Origin: a bacterium
Lineage (GTDB): Bacteria > UBA10199 > 2-02-FULL-50-16 > JAJFLM01
Direction: 5' to 3'
DNA: 64,000 bases
Assembly (NCBI GenBank): GCA_965216315.1
Contig: CBDCFN010000016.1
Coordinates: 1,312,001-1,376,000, forward strand
This document shows positions 7,744 to 17,373 of the stretch, piece after piece. Each line of letters begins with the position of its first letter. The stretch's first letter is position 1. The notes below the pieces were generated by a model that ran no database searches, was not told where the DNA came from, and saw only the letters and a list, made by a program, of their open reading frames with translations. Both the position numbers and the translations under genes were made by a program.

Positions 7744-10080
7744 ATGAAGTTACGTTATTTTTTACCATTCCTTTTGTTAGTTGCTGCCTGTGATGGTAGC
7801 GCCATCCTCGATAACCCGGAAGTTGGTCCGATCGATATCATCGACCCGGTCTCGGTTATTGATCAAGAGGAAAAAACCCAAGCTGAAAATATCGATATCA
7901 AAGAAGAAATAATCCCGGTCAGTAATGAAGGCGTCGCAGGGTCACCAGAAGTCGGTGACAGCTGCGGAAATCCTGACCAAAATTGCACGATTAACAGTTT
8001 TGGCACCTGTATCTGCCCAGTAGATGAAAATTCGGACAATGACGCCTGTGTCGATGATAGTGAATGCGAGTCGGGTGAGACGTGTTTCTATGGAAATTGC
8101 GCTCCGATACCGGACCATATTTCAGATTGCGAGGAAAATGAGATTCATAAAGGCAGTTACATTGTCGAGACACAAGAAGATTGGAATAAACTGCAGTCCT
8201 ATTGCTCAATTCAGGGTGACCTTAAAGTTAAAAACACAATGCTGACGACAATGTTCAACAACACGCTTCGTCATATTAACGGTACATTGCGGGTTGAGAA
8301 CAATGAACAGCTCGGCAATATTTGGTTTGTTAATCTAAAAACGGTTGGTTTTACTATTGTCAATAATAATAAAGGGCTTTACGCACTTATCATGCAGAGC
8401 TTGAAGAAAGTGAATGGGCCGTTGATGATTAAGAATAATGTAAACTTGAAACTCGAAGACAAGAGTATTCCAACAACCGTTGCCGATAACGAACGAGTGG
8501 AGCAACTCCAAGCGCATCTCAAAGGTCTTGAATATATCGTTTTCTTTGGAGAAGTCGATTATCTCTGGGGCGGTGTTATCATTACAGGAAATGAGCCGAC
8601 AACCTGTGAATATCAAATGCACTGTGCAGATAATGAAGCCTGCGTGGATGGGATTTGCCAAGTCGGCAAATGTGTTTCTAACTTGCAGTGTGGGTCCGGA
8701 GAAATCTGCCTTGATAACGTATGTCAGGCGGGTGGCCAAATCGATGATTCATGTGAAAGTCACTCTGACTGCACCACTGGTTCAATATGTGACCAGGGGA
8801 ACTGTATTGAACAAATCTTCTGCATGAATAATTCGGATTGTGATGTTGGCATGCTTTGCGACGAAAATGGTGATTTCTGTCGGACTCCTCAAGCTGGAGA
8901 AACACCTAAGGATGCAAAATGGGATACCTCCACAGCTATCAAAAGCAACAGTGACAAGCGTATGTTTCTCTTTGCCCGTGATAACAATAAGCAATTAGTG
9001 CAGATGGTTCGTGGCTTGGATGCTCAATGGAGCGGTGAAAATATCTATCCCTTGCCCCTGACGGATCTGCAGCAAGACCCCGTTGCGCTCTATAACCCGA
9101 CGACGGGTAAAATAGAGCTCTTTGTTATCGAAGGCGAGCAGTTGCTTCACTTTGTCGGTAAAGACGGCGTGTGGGAGAATGCCTATGCCCCGACCTTTAT
9201 TACCCAGGTGTTCAACGTCAAGAATGCGCCCGTCGCCGTGTTTCATCCCGGTGGTGATATTTCCTTGTTTGTGTTGGCTTATGGGGAAATTACCCAGTAT
9301 CGCTGGGCGTATGATCACGCCACTCAAAAGACCGGCATCACCAGTACGCCCATAAGCAAGAGCTTTGGCAATGAAGAACTGGATAATGATTCCAAGCTGG
9401 CCGCTGTCGTTGATCCCGACGGTCGTATTGTCGTCTTTGCGCGAACGATCGAAGGACACTTGATGAGTTACACTTCGCCGGACGGTAAGTCGTGGGGAAC
9501 GAAGCCTGCGGGTTTTGGCCTCGCGGCGAACGTCGACGGGAACCCTAAGCGGATCGGAACAGCTCATATTACGGGCTCGCCCGTAGCCGCCGTCAGTCAG
9601 TCGAAAGTGTATGTCTATGCACGTGGCGATGACGACAACACGGCAGAGTATCATCCTAACTCAATGATGGGCCTCTACGCCTGGACCTGGGATCAGTCAG
9701 CGCATTGGGGAACAGATGGACAGCAACATCTTATCTCTACGCATGACTTCCCACACAATGAGTCATTAAGTGCAGTATACGATGTGGCTACGGACAAGGT
9801 TTTGGTCTTTGGCGCCAATGCGATCGCGAGCTCCAATGACGTCAGACAATACGAGGACGATAACGTCTATTTTTCCAGCACTGTCGCCGTGGGAACAGTA
9901 ACCAACGATCGACTCTGTGCCATTTTCAATCCGATGACACAAGAGACCGAAGTCTTTGGGACGAGTGCCCTCGACAAGACGATCGTCCAGTTCTTTAGTG
10001 CGCAAGGAACGGCAAGTACTCTCGGAGATACAGCGATTGGTGGGAACCCAGTCGTCATCTACAATGACTGGATTGACTAA
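7744..10080 (+). CDS. Surface lipoprotein: Cys-rich repeats, receptor-L-domain-like region, C-terminal lectin-like beta-propeller
   Basis: GGAGG RBS then MKLRYFLPFLLLVAAC lipobox; several C-x4-C-x4-C-x3-C units; CSIQGDLKV..LRHINGTLRVENN L-domain-like; repeated VFAR/PVAV blades. Confidence 0.7.
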   Translation: MKLRYFLPFLLLVAACDGSAILDNPEVGPIDIIDPVSVIDQEEKTQAENIDIKEEIIPVSNEGVAGSPEVGDSCGNPDQNCTINSFGTCICPVDENSDNDACVDDSECESGETCFYGNCAPIPDHISDCEENEIHKGSYIVETQEDWNKLQSYCSIQGDLKVKNTMLTTMFNNTLRHINGTLRVENNEQLGNIWFVNLKTVGFTIVNNNKGLYALIMQSLKKVNGPLMIKNNVNLKLEDKSIPTTVADNERVEQLQAHLKGLEYIVFFGEVDYLWGGVIITGNEPTTCEYQMHCADNEACVDGICQVGKCVSNLQCGSGEICLDNVCQAGGQIDDSCESHSDCTTGSICDQGNCIEQIFCMNNSDCDVGMLCDENGDFCRTPQAGETPKDAKWDTSTAIKSNSDKRMFLFARDNNKQLVQMVRGLDAQWSGENIYPLPLTDLQQDPVALYNPTTGKIELFVIEGEQLLHFVGKDGVWENAYAPTFITQVFNVKNAPVAVFHPGGDISLFVLAYGEITQYRWAYDHATQKTGITSTPISKSFGNEELDNDSKLAAVVDPDGRIVVFARTIEGHLMSYTSPDGKSWGTKPAGFGLAANVDGNPKRIGTAHITGSPVAAVSQSKVYVYARGDDDNTAEYHPNSMMGLYAWTWDQSAHWGTDGQQHLISTHDFPHNESLSAVYDVATDKVLVFGANAIASSNDVRQYEDDNVYFSSTVAVGTVTNDRLCAIFNPMTQETEVFGTSALDKTIVQFFSAQGTASTLGDTAIGGNPVVIYNDWID

Positions 10081-10087
10081 GCACACA

Positions 10088-10654
10088 CTAAATTGACAGC
10101 CTCAACACCGGGGGCGGGGCATCCAGCGATGGAGGTTCCGCCCCCTTGTTATTCCAAACATCTTGATAATGGGTCTTCATATCCTGCAGTAGTTGTTCGA
10201 CATTCAGGCCCATAAAAAGCCCTTGCTGACACAGTTCTGATTCAGCAACGACTTGCAAACGCCGATAGGCCTCTTGCGATAAGTGGGCCATGCCGGGCCA
10301 CTGTTCGAGATGCCGCTTGAGTTGGGCGGCGGAGTTTTGGATCAGGCCTTGTAAAAACTGGCGTTCTATTTCCAATTCTCCCCGTTTCCACAGTATTTCC
10401 CACGCCTCATGCGCCTCCCAAAAATACGATACGTTATAGAGATCAACCCCATAGAGATAAAGTCGGTTGTCATGCCAGCGTTCCGGTGGCATATAAACGA
10501 CTTCGGGCTCCTCATGGCCATATGAATGCCCTTTGGGATCACGATTGGGGTGTGGGGTTTGGCCCGGCACGAATCGATAAGGAGGAAGGGCTCGATTCGC
10601 GCAATAACGAGGCGCTTCGGGCCAGAGCGGGGCAGGTTCCGTTAAGCTCACCAT
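10088..10654 (-). CDS. DUF309 domain protein
   Basis: GVDLYN..YFWEAHEAWE.LW and FLQGLIQ motifs. Confidence 0.85.
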   Translation of the reverse strand: MVSLTEPAPLWPEAPRYCANRALPPYRFVPGQTPHPNRDPKGHSYGHEEPEVVYMPPERWHDNRLYLYGVDLYNVSYFWEAHEAWEILWKRGELEIERQFLQGLIQNSAAQLKRHLEQWPGMAHLSQEAYRRLQVVAESELCQQGLFMGLNVEQLLQDMKTHYQDVWNNKGAEPPSLDAPPPVLRLSI

Positions 10655-10678
10655 GGAAGGGAACTAACACAGTCACTG

Positions 10679-11692
10679 ATGAAATACCAATCGCTCATCT
10701 TAATCATCATCGTCTTTGGTGCGGCCGTAGTCGCCGCCATCTATTATGCCGCCGGTCCGGCCTTAAAAAACGGAGATTGGGACCCCGCGGGTCTACGTCA
10801 GTATTCGAGCCCTGCGATCTCCGATCTCACGAAGCCTCCCGAAAGACTGAAGGTCATCAGTTATAATATCGGTTATGCCTCGGGAAATAAGAACAATAAA
10901 GCCGCCCCCCTCAGCGAACAGGAAGTGCGCGATAATCTCGATAATATGATTTTGGAGCTGCAACCGCTCAACGCCGATATCATTGCCCTACAAGAAGTCG
11001 ATCTGAGGGCCCAACGGACCTTTGATATTGATCAACTCCAGTATCTCGCCAGAGGCCTGAACCTACCCTATACCGCCTACGTCACGACTTGGAACAAGCG
11101 CTACGTTGCCTGGCCGTTTTGGCCCATCAGGGCTCATTTTGGTCGCATGGTCTCCGGTCAGGCAATCTTGAGCCGTTATCCGATCATTGATCAACAGACT
11201 TTTACCTTCGACAAACCCGAGGAAAATCCGTTTTGGTACAACATGTTTTATTTAGATCGCATTGCCCAGCGAGTGACTGTGCAAGTAGCAGAAAAGGTCG
11301 CCATTATTTGGAATGTTCACCTCGAGGCCTTTCGGCAGGGGTCACGCCTCCAACAAATCGACAAATTAATAGACTACCTTAACGGGGACTCCCATCAGAA
11401 TCTCATTGTGGCCGGGGACTTCAATAGCGTCTCGAATTATCGGAAAGATCTCAGTGCGGAACTACAGGCCGAACTCAAACAAAAACAGGCAGGCATTCAG
11501 ACCTTCTTAAAGGAGACGCACTTACGTGATACGTCGGACGATGCAGAAGAGTTGACCTTTCCCAGTTGGGAGCCAACTAAGAAAATCGACTTTATCCTCT
11601 ATAAGGGGCCACGACTTGAAAAGAGCGGGGCGATCCAAGGACTCACCGCCAGCGACCATCTACCGGTCTGGGCCGATTTCAAATTACCCTAA
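10679..11692 (+). CDS. Endonuclease/exonuclease/phosphatase family protein with N-terminal membrane anchor
   Basis: SYNI, LQEVD, NVHL, GDFN, IDFI, SDHLPV motifs. Confidence 0.9.
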   Translation: MKYQSLILIIIVFGAAVVAAIYYAAGPALKNGDWDPAGLRQYSSPAISDLTKPPERLKVISYNIGYASGNKNNKAAPLSEQEVRDNLDNMILELQPLNADIIALQEVDLRAQRTFDIDQLQYLARGLNLPYTAYVTTWNKRYVAWPFWPIRAHFGRMVSGQAILSRYPIIDQQTFTFDKPEENPFWYNMFYLDRIAQRVTVQVAEKVAIIWNVHLEAFRQGSRLQQIDKLIDYLNGDSHQNLIVAGDFNSVSNYRKDLSAELQAELKQKQAGIQTFLKETHLRDTSDDAEELTFPSWEPTKKIDFILYKGPRLEKSGAIQGLTASDHLPVWADFKLP

Positions 11693-11709
11693 TAGACTAA
11701 AACGGGCAT

Positions 11710-11741
11710 AAAAAAGCCCCTCGTTAGAGAGGGGCTTTTTT
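11710..11741. terminator. Bidirectional rho-independent terminator
   Basis: AAAAAA-GCCCCTC-gttaga-GAGGGGC-TTTTTT between convergent genes. Confidence 0.9.
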
Positions 11742-11761
11742 GAAAATGCTTACTGAATCTT

Positions 11762-12529
11762 CTAGAAGCCTTTAACTTTCTTGGAACGATTATAAAGTTG
11801 GAAGACCAGATGCCACCCCACCACGACGACGACTAGTAAGAAAGCCCAATGTCCTGCAATAAACGTCGTATGCTGGTTGATCATCGCCCAGACCAAGGGA
11901 ACCGACATGTAGGTATTATGCTTGGAACGAAGTCCTGCCAAAGCAGCTTGATCCGGGTCCGGGGCATTGCCTTCTTTAATCGCTGTAATGATCTTTTGTT
12001 GCGCGGGCCAGATGCGAAACCAGACGTTGAATGCCATCATCGTCCCGAACATCGCCCCCAAATGAATCGCATAGCCACGATAGCCGAAGCCGGCCCAGCA
12101 GTGAGCGGCGGCCAGATAACCTGCGATGAGGCCCAAACTGATTAGGACCGACAACTTATATTGTTTCTTTGCCAGCGCACTTTTAAATAAGGCGTCATAG
12201 AGAAAAACCGCCAAGAAGGTCACGACGACCATAACGATCGCCGGCAATTGCCAGCCCTGTCCCGGTTCATCTAAGAAAATGCGACTGTGATAAAAGACGG
12301 ATGCAAGCAGGACAACCCCGGTAAACCAAGTATAGGCTGCACCCCAACGGAACCACCACAAAGTTCTCGGGAGAAGCTCGGGGACGACTTTCTTTTTAGT
12401 CTCCCCATCCATCGTCGGCGCAAACGCCGAGTTGACCCAGTTAAAGAAATACAAAAGACCGATCCAGGTGATTCCGGCGATAATGTGTAACCACCTAAAA
12501 ATGGCCTGCGTAATATCGATGGGATGCAT
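11762..12529 (-). CDS. PuuD-like urate hydroxylase family membrane protein (no C-terminal cytochrome c)
   Basis: RWLHIIAGITWIG, WFRW.AAYTW.TG, MAFNVWFRIWPAQ, RSKHNTY motifs; no CxxCH. Confidence 0.8.
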   Translation of the reverse strand: MHPIDITQAIFRWLHIIAGITWIGLLYFFNWVNSAFAPTMDGETKKKVVPELLPRTLWWFRWGAAYTWFTGVVLLASVFYHSRIFLDEPGQGWQLPAIVMVVVTFLAVFLYDALFKSALAKKQYKLSVLISLGLIAGYLAAAHCWAGFGYRGYAIHLGAMFGTMMAFNVWFRIWPAQQKIITAIKEGNAPDPDQAALAGLRSKHNTYMSVPLVWAMINQHTTFIAGHWAFLLVVVVVGWHLVFQLYNRSKKVKGF

Positions 12530-12602
12530 TAGGACTCCTTATGGATTTGAAATAATTAGTTAAATTTCGCGGGACTATCCAATATCCGACTAATTCTGTC
12601 AA

Positions 12603-12956
12603 TTATTTGATGGCCTTTGCCGCGTCCGAGTGGGGTATGACGGCTTGCCGTGCCAGGTCAACCTTCCAGACGTAGCTCTCGCTGCGGCCCGGAACGCGCG
12701 CCTTAACGAGGACGGTTCCGCGCCACTTCGAATCGATCTGCGTTTTCCAGGCGATGGTGTCGGCGGATACCCCTAGTTTCTGACTCAGCCGGGCTTCGAT
12801 GGTTGAATGGTCAGAGCCGAAAGGACGAGCCTCCCTGACTGCAGCAATGGCCTTGCGCAGATCCGCGTGGTCAAAACGCTGCTGCATGTAACTCATGAAT
12901 GAGTAACCGCCAATGAGGACAATGGCCACGAGGATGTATTTTAAAAGTGTTTTCAT
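12603..12956 (-). CDS. Hypothetical membrane-anchored protein
   Basis: 117-aa ORF with N-terminal hydrophobic helix filling the intergenic space. Confidence 0.65.
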   Translation of the reverse strand: MKTLLKYILVAIVLIGGYSFMSYMQQRFDHADLRKAIAAVREARPFGSDHSTIEARLSQKLGVSADTIAWKTQIDSKWRGTVLVKARVPGRSESYVWKVDLARQAVIPHSDAAKAIK

Positions 12957-12972
12957 ATCACTTAAGTGTTAA

Positions 12973-13053
12973 TTCCCCTCCTTACGAAGGAGGGGTTAGG
13001 GGAGGTCGTGTGGAAAGACCCCTCCCTAGCCCTCCCCTTTGTAAGGGGAGGGA
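12973..13053. repeat. Palindromic repeat family A, intergenic copy
   Basis: Two hairpins, CCCCTCCTT-acg-AAGGAGGGG and CCCTCCCCTT-tgt-AAGGGGAGGG; 3' 40 nt match 36568-36607 at 39/40. Confidence 0.9.
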
Positions 13054-13099
13054 ATAGTCTCTTGCTTACACAATTACAAGCGGCTAAACTTTTAGGCAC

Positions 13100-13432
13100 A
13101 TGAGCAGTCTGGCGCAGAAAGTTTGTGGTCCTTGTCGCGGGGATATTCCTCCGCTCAAAGGTGACGATCTCGTCCAACTAGAGGTTGAACTCGGTGGTGA
13201 TTGGGAGATCGTCGATGAACATCAGCTCGAAAAGACCTACAAGTTTAAGAATTTCGTCGACGCACTGGCCTTTACGAACAAAGTAGGGGAGTTGGCTGAA
13301 GAGGCCCAACATCACCCGGACATTTATCTCACCTGGGGCAAAGTCAAGATCACCTTATGGACGCACAAGATCGATGGCCTGTCGGAAAACGATTTTATCT
13401 TGGCGGCTAAGTGCGATGCATTACTAAAGTGA
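13100..13432 (+). CDS. phhB: Pterin-4-alpha-carbinolamine dehydratase
   Basis: C.PC N-terminus, FKNF, HHPDI, WTH.IDGLSENDFILAAK. Confidence 0.92.
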   Translation: MSSLAQKVCGPCRGDIPPLKGDDLVQLEVELGGDWEIVDEHQLEKTYKFKNFVDALAFTNKVGELAEEAQHHPDIYLTWGKVKITLWTHKIDGLSENDFILAAKCDALLK

Positions 13433-13515
13433 GGCGGGTGGCGCGAGCGATCCTTTGGACCGTCTTTTCCGACGCAGCCAAAGGATTGCTCCTGCGACAG
13501 GACCCGCCCATTGAT

Positions 13516-14259
13516 TCAGCAATTTTCATCTCTCAATCTCTCCATCGCTCGAATCACCTGTTCATGAATCCTCTCAACGGCTTCCTCAGTCGATTCCCCT
13601 TTGCGCTTGCGCGACGAGATCGGCTTACCGACGTATTGAGTAATTTTGACGGGGAAGGGGATTAATCCCAGACCTGTAAAAAGGGGGAGGGAAAACCGCG
13701 TCTGTTCCAAGAGCTTAATCCGCCATTTCAGGAGAAACTTGGTATTAAAATACGCATTATCAATGCCCTTGGCGTAACTCGGAATGATCGGCACCTTAGT
13801 TTCGACAGCCATCTCAACGAAACCGGTACGACGTTCCCACGGAATGCGATTCATATCCGGTCGGGCAATCAGTGCCTCATAAATACCACCGGGAGAGAGC
13901 ATGACACAGTTGCCTTCTTTGAGGAGCTGACGGGCATTCTTGGGATTGGCATTAACGGCACCGCCGCGAAGGAAAAACTCGCGCACACCAGGGATATCAA
14001 AGAGAAAACCGGCTCCCAAGCCACGGGGATAGAGGCCTAATTCCTCGATACAGGACACGGTCAGCATAAAACCGTGATAGGGAATAATGCCGTGATTCAT
14101 GACGACAAGGCTCGCCTTATTCAACGGGATATTGGCGAGACCCTTCACGGAGTAACGGAAATAATAAGAGAGCAATTTGAAGACAGGGAGTACCTTATCC
14201 ACAAAGGTCGGATCGTGATGGTGGAGTTGGTTGCGGGGATGGAGTTGCTGCTGTGGCAT
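13516..14259 (-). CDS. Lysophospholipid/diacylglycerol acyltransferase family (PlsC/DGAT2-like)
   Basis: V.GLANIP, VMNH, SPGG..EAL, W..RTGFVEMA, VGKPI motifs. Confidence 0.8.
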   Translation of the reverse strand: MPQQQLHPRNQLHHHDPTFVDKVLPVFKLLSYYFRYSVKGLANIPLNKASLVVMNHGIIPYHGFMLTVSCIEELGLYPRGLGAGFLFDIPGVREFFLRGGAVNANPKNARQLLKEGNCVMLSPGGIYEALIARPDMNRIPWERRTGFVEMAVETKVPIIPSYAKGIDNAYFNTKFLLKWRIKLLEQTRFSLPLFTGLGLIPFPVKITQYVGKPISSRKRKGESTEEAVERIHEQVIRAMERLRDENC

Positions 14260-14267
14260 AAGATAGT

Positions 14268-14296
14268 GTAGGGGCGGTTCGCAAACCGCCCCTTAC
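14268..14296. repeat. GTAG-type REP palindrome (family C), intergenic
   Basis: GTAGGGGCGGTT-cgca-AACCGCCCCTTAC. Confidence 0.8.
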
Positions 14297-14298
14297 TT

Positions 14299-14322
14299 AA
14301 ATATGAGCCGGCTGGGACTCGA
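14299..14322 (-). repeat. 24-bp duplicate of tRNA-Lys 3' end (att-like direct repeat)
   Basis: AAATATGAGCCGGCTGGGACTCGA identical to 14423-14446. Confidence 0.9.
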
Positions 14323-14427
14323 GGCATTATACTCCGCAAAATAGTTCTATTTTGCTGCGCAGCTAAGCCAAGCTCAGCTTTGCCGACTGGCTTCGAGCCA
14401 ATCATTCAATGCTCTATCAATGAAATA

Positions 14428-14500
14428 TGAGCCGGCTGGGACTCGAACCCAGGACACCCGCCTTAAAAGGGCGATGCTCTACCGACTGAGCTACCGGCTC
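14428..14500 (-). tRNA. tRNA-Lys(UUU), CCA not encoded
   Basis: Reverse complement GAGCCGGTAGCTCAGTCGGTAGAGCATCGCCCTTTTAAGGCGGGTGTCCTGGGTTCGAGTCCCAGCCGGCTCA folds as a cloverleaf with anticodon TTT. Confidence 0.96.
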
Positions 14501-14730
14501 TCATTTCGCAAAACGAAAGCGCAGCTTCCGTTTCGCTGGAATCAAGGGGTGAGATACCGCTCTCCCCCTTGATAATCCCCCATCTGATTGGATGGGGACA
14601 TGTTTCTAAACTAGTGTTTTAGGACTGTCAATCATCCGGCTAAAGGCTATGGGATCCCGGTATCATTGTCATCGACGATGGTGGCGTAGATGAAGAGCCC
14701 TAGACAATTTCGCGAAAGAGTGCGAACGAC

Positions 14731-15186
14731 TTACTCGGCCAGGTTGTACACCTTCGCGTGTTTTTCAACGCCTTTTGAATTCTGCAGGGCCTCCTCAGCG
14801 CTGTCGTATTGCTGACCACTGATATAAAGGCGTACCTTGGCTCCATCTAAATCATACCAATGAATGGCCTCAAAGAGGTTGGCGCTATTGGCAGCCCCAA
14901 GAATGATAGTTCCCGTTTTACTTTGGGCATTCGGACGGATGTTGATGATTTTCTTGCTCATCTTCATTCCTTCGGGTGGCAGGCCCATACCCTTGGCGTG
15001 ACTCACATACTCAGTTGCGCTCAACGTAATGGTTTCATCAAGCGATCCGGGAACAACCGGTCCGCCAAATTTCCAGGACTTGAAGAGACTGACGTCAGAT
15101 CCCGTTCCGGTTCCACGACTGCACTGTACTAAACCAAAACAAGATACGGCTAGAGCCACAACCAATAGATTTTTAAATTTCATCAT
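14731..15186 (-). CDS. Hypothetical lipoprotein
   Basis: AAGGAG RBS; signal peptide ending in lipobox-like LVQC. Confidence 0.7.
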   Translation of the reverse strand: MMKFKNLLVVALAVSCFGLVQCSRGTGTGSDVSLFKSWKFGGPVVPGSLDETITLSATEYVSHAKGMGLPPEGMKMSKKIINIRPNAQSKTGTIILGAANSANLFEAIHWYDLDGAKVRLYISGQQYDSAEEALQNSKGVEKHAKVYNLAE

Positions 15187-15207
15187 TTCTCCTTAAATCA
15201 TTTATAT

Positions 15208-16596
15208 TTACTCGGCGCTTAACATGCCCCGAGGGTTAAGAACTTCCTCAATTTTCTCAGCGGAAAGGTTGCCTTCGGCGACAAGAATTTCACGAACTGT
15301 TTTGTCTTCTTTGTAGGCCTGCTTCGCAATACGAGAGGCATCGTCATAGCCGATCTCCGGCGCAAGTTTGGTGACAAGCGCCAAACTCCCTTCAATCAGT
15401 GCCGCCGCGCGTTTCTCATTCGCTTGAATGCCGTTGATGCATTTAGACACCAAAACTTTACTAATATTAGTGAGCAAATGGATGGATTCCATTAAATTGC
15501 TCGCCATCATCGGCATCATGACGTTGAGTTCAAAGTTGCCATGCTGACCGCCAATCATAATCGCCGTGTCATTACCCATGACCTGGGCGGCCACCTGCAT
15601 CGTCGCTTCAGGAATGACGGGATTGACCTTGCCCGGCATGATCGACGATCCGGGCTGCAGCTCAGGCAAAATGATTTCCCCAATGCCGCAACGCGGACCG
15701 GAACCCAACCAGCGAATGTCGTTCGCAATTTTCATCAGGCTGACCGCAAGTGTTTTTAAGACACCGCTTGTCGACACGACCGCATCCTTGGCGGCCTGAG
15801 CCTCAAAGTGATTGGCCGCCTCACGAAAGGGGATGCCCGTATCTTTCTTGAGATTGGCGCAGACGCGTTCCGCAAATTTGGAATGCGTATTCAGTCCCGT
15901 TCCTACCGCCGTTCCACCAATCGCCAGTTCGGTCAACTCGCTCAAAGCATTTTTAACCCGACCGATTCCGTTTTTAATTTGTTGGGCATAACCGGAAAAT
16001 TCCTGACCTAAAGTAATCGGCGTCGCATCCTGCAAGTGCGTGCGGCCGATCTTGATGACATCCTGAAAGGCCGTCGCTTTTTTGCTCAGAGCAGATTCAA
16101 GTTCATTTAAAGCCGGGATGAGTTGATCTTGGAGCTGACGCGCCGCCGCGATATGAATGGTTGTCGGAATCACATCATTGGACGACTGTCCCATATTGAC
16201 GTGATCGTTGGGATGCACCGGATCCTTGCTGCCGATTTCACCCCCTAATTTGAGGTTGGCCACGTTGGAAATGACTTCATTGGCATTCATATTCGTCGAA
16301 GTCCCGGAGCCGGTCTGGAATATATCCACCGGAAAATGCTGGTCATGCAGGCCTTCTGCCACTTCAGCCGCGGACTCTTGGATGGCGTCGGCTAGCTTGG
16401 CATCGAGTTTTTTCAGCTCGCTGTTGGCCGAGGCCGCAGCTTTTTTAAGGAGTCCGATGGCCTCGATAAACTCGCGCTCAAAAAGTCGGCGGCTGACGGG
16501 AAAGTTTTCCACGGCCCGTTGAGTTGAGGCGCCGTAAATAGAATCTTTAGGGATCGGGACTTCGCCCATGGAATCGCGTTCGATACGAGTAGACAT
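15208..16596 (-). CDS. fumC: Class II fumarate hydratase
   Basis: RIERDSMG, QTGSGTSTNMN, GRTHLQDA, GSSIMPGKVNP. Confidence 0.95.
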   Translation of the reverse strand: MSTRIERDSMGEVPIPKDSIYGASTQRAVENFPVSRRLFEREFIEAIGLLKKAAASANSELKKLDAKLADAIQESAAEVAEGLHDQHFPVDIFQTGSGTSTNMNANEVISNVANLKLGGEIGSKDPVHPNDHVNMGQSSNDVIPTTIHIAAARQLQDQLIPALNELESALSKKATAFQDVIKIGRTHLQDATPITLGQEFSGYAQQIKNGIGRVKNALSELTELAIGGTAVGTGLNTHSKFAERVCANLKKDTGIPFREAANHFEAQAAKDAVVSTSGVLKTLAVSLMKIANDIRWLGSGPRCGIGEIILPELQPGSSIMPGKVNPVIPEATMQVAAQVMGNDTAIMIGGQHGNFELNVMMPMMASNLMESIHLLTNISKVLVSKCINGIQANEKRAAALIEGSLALVTKLAPEIGYDDASRIAKQAYKEDKTVREILVAEGNLSAEKIEEVLNPRGMLSAE

Positions 16597-16760
16597 ATTT
16601 CCTCCTGCTCCGGAGTCATATGTTATTGACGTGAATCCGTAAACCCTTTAAAAAGCCCTGCAGCAAATGTTAATGTGAGCAAGCGTCGGATTGACTCCGC
16701 GCGAGCGAACCAAATAGGGGGTATGGGGGTGTTGGGCGTAGCACACACACCCATTTTCGA

Positions 16761-17321
16761 ATGATTAACGCCACTCAGATAAGACAGGGAATGATCCTTC
16801 AGGTGGACGGTAACCTCTACCGCGTCATGAAGACCCAGCACATCACGCCAGGAAAGGGAAACGCGCTCATGCAGGTCGAAATGCGGGATCTGCGCAGCGG
16901 AACCAAGATAGAAAAACGTTTTCGTCCCAGTGAAGGCGTCGAGCGAGTCTCCATGACGACACGCGAAATGGAGTTTCTCTACGATGATGCCGAAGGGTTT
17001 CATTTTATGGACACCGAGAGCTATGAGCAATTCTTGCTCAGTCGCGAGGCCTTAGGCAATGCGACCTACTATCTCCAGCCTAATACCAAGATCCAGGTTG
17101 ATCTGTATGAAGGGGAAGCGATCGGCATTGAATTACCCAACTCGATGGAATTTACCATTGTCGAAACGGATCCTCCGCTCAAGGGCGCGACGGCGTCGTC
17201 GTCCGCCAAGCCCGCCAAGCTCGACAATGGCTTGACCGTTAAAGTACCGGCCTATCTGAACAGCGGCGACAAAGTCCGCGTCAATCCCCAGACCGACGAG
17301 TTTATCGAGCGGGTTAAGTAA
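16761..17321 (+). CDS. efp: Elongation factor P
   Basis: HITPGKG loop, KGATA, KPAKLDNGL.VKVP, 186 aa. Confidence 0.95.
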   Translation: MINATQIRQGMILQVDGNLYRVMKTQHITPGKGNALMQVEMRDLRSGTKIEKRFRPSEGVERVSMTTREMEFLYDDAEGFHFMDTESYEQFLLSREALGNATYYLQPNTKIQVDLYEGEAIGIELPNSMEFTIVETDPPLKGATASSSAKPAKLDNGLTVKVPAYLNSGDKVRVNPQTDEFIERVK

Positions 17322-17373
17322 TTCATCCCGACCTTGAACAAACGCCTTAGAATCATTACATTATCTGTCGAGT

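Noticed and set aside
12962..13177. 71-aa ORF sharing PFVRRG/TKGR-type peptide with MtaB
   Set aside because: The similarity comes from the family A DNA repeat; the ORF overlaps phhB antisense and is unlikely to be a gene.
14299..14322. Second tRNA gene
   Set aside because: Only the T-arm 3' side and acceptor strand are present; there is no D or anticodon arm.
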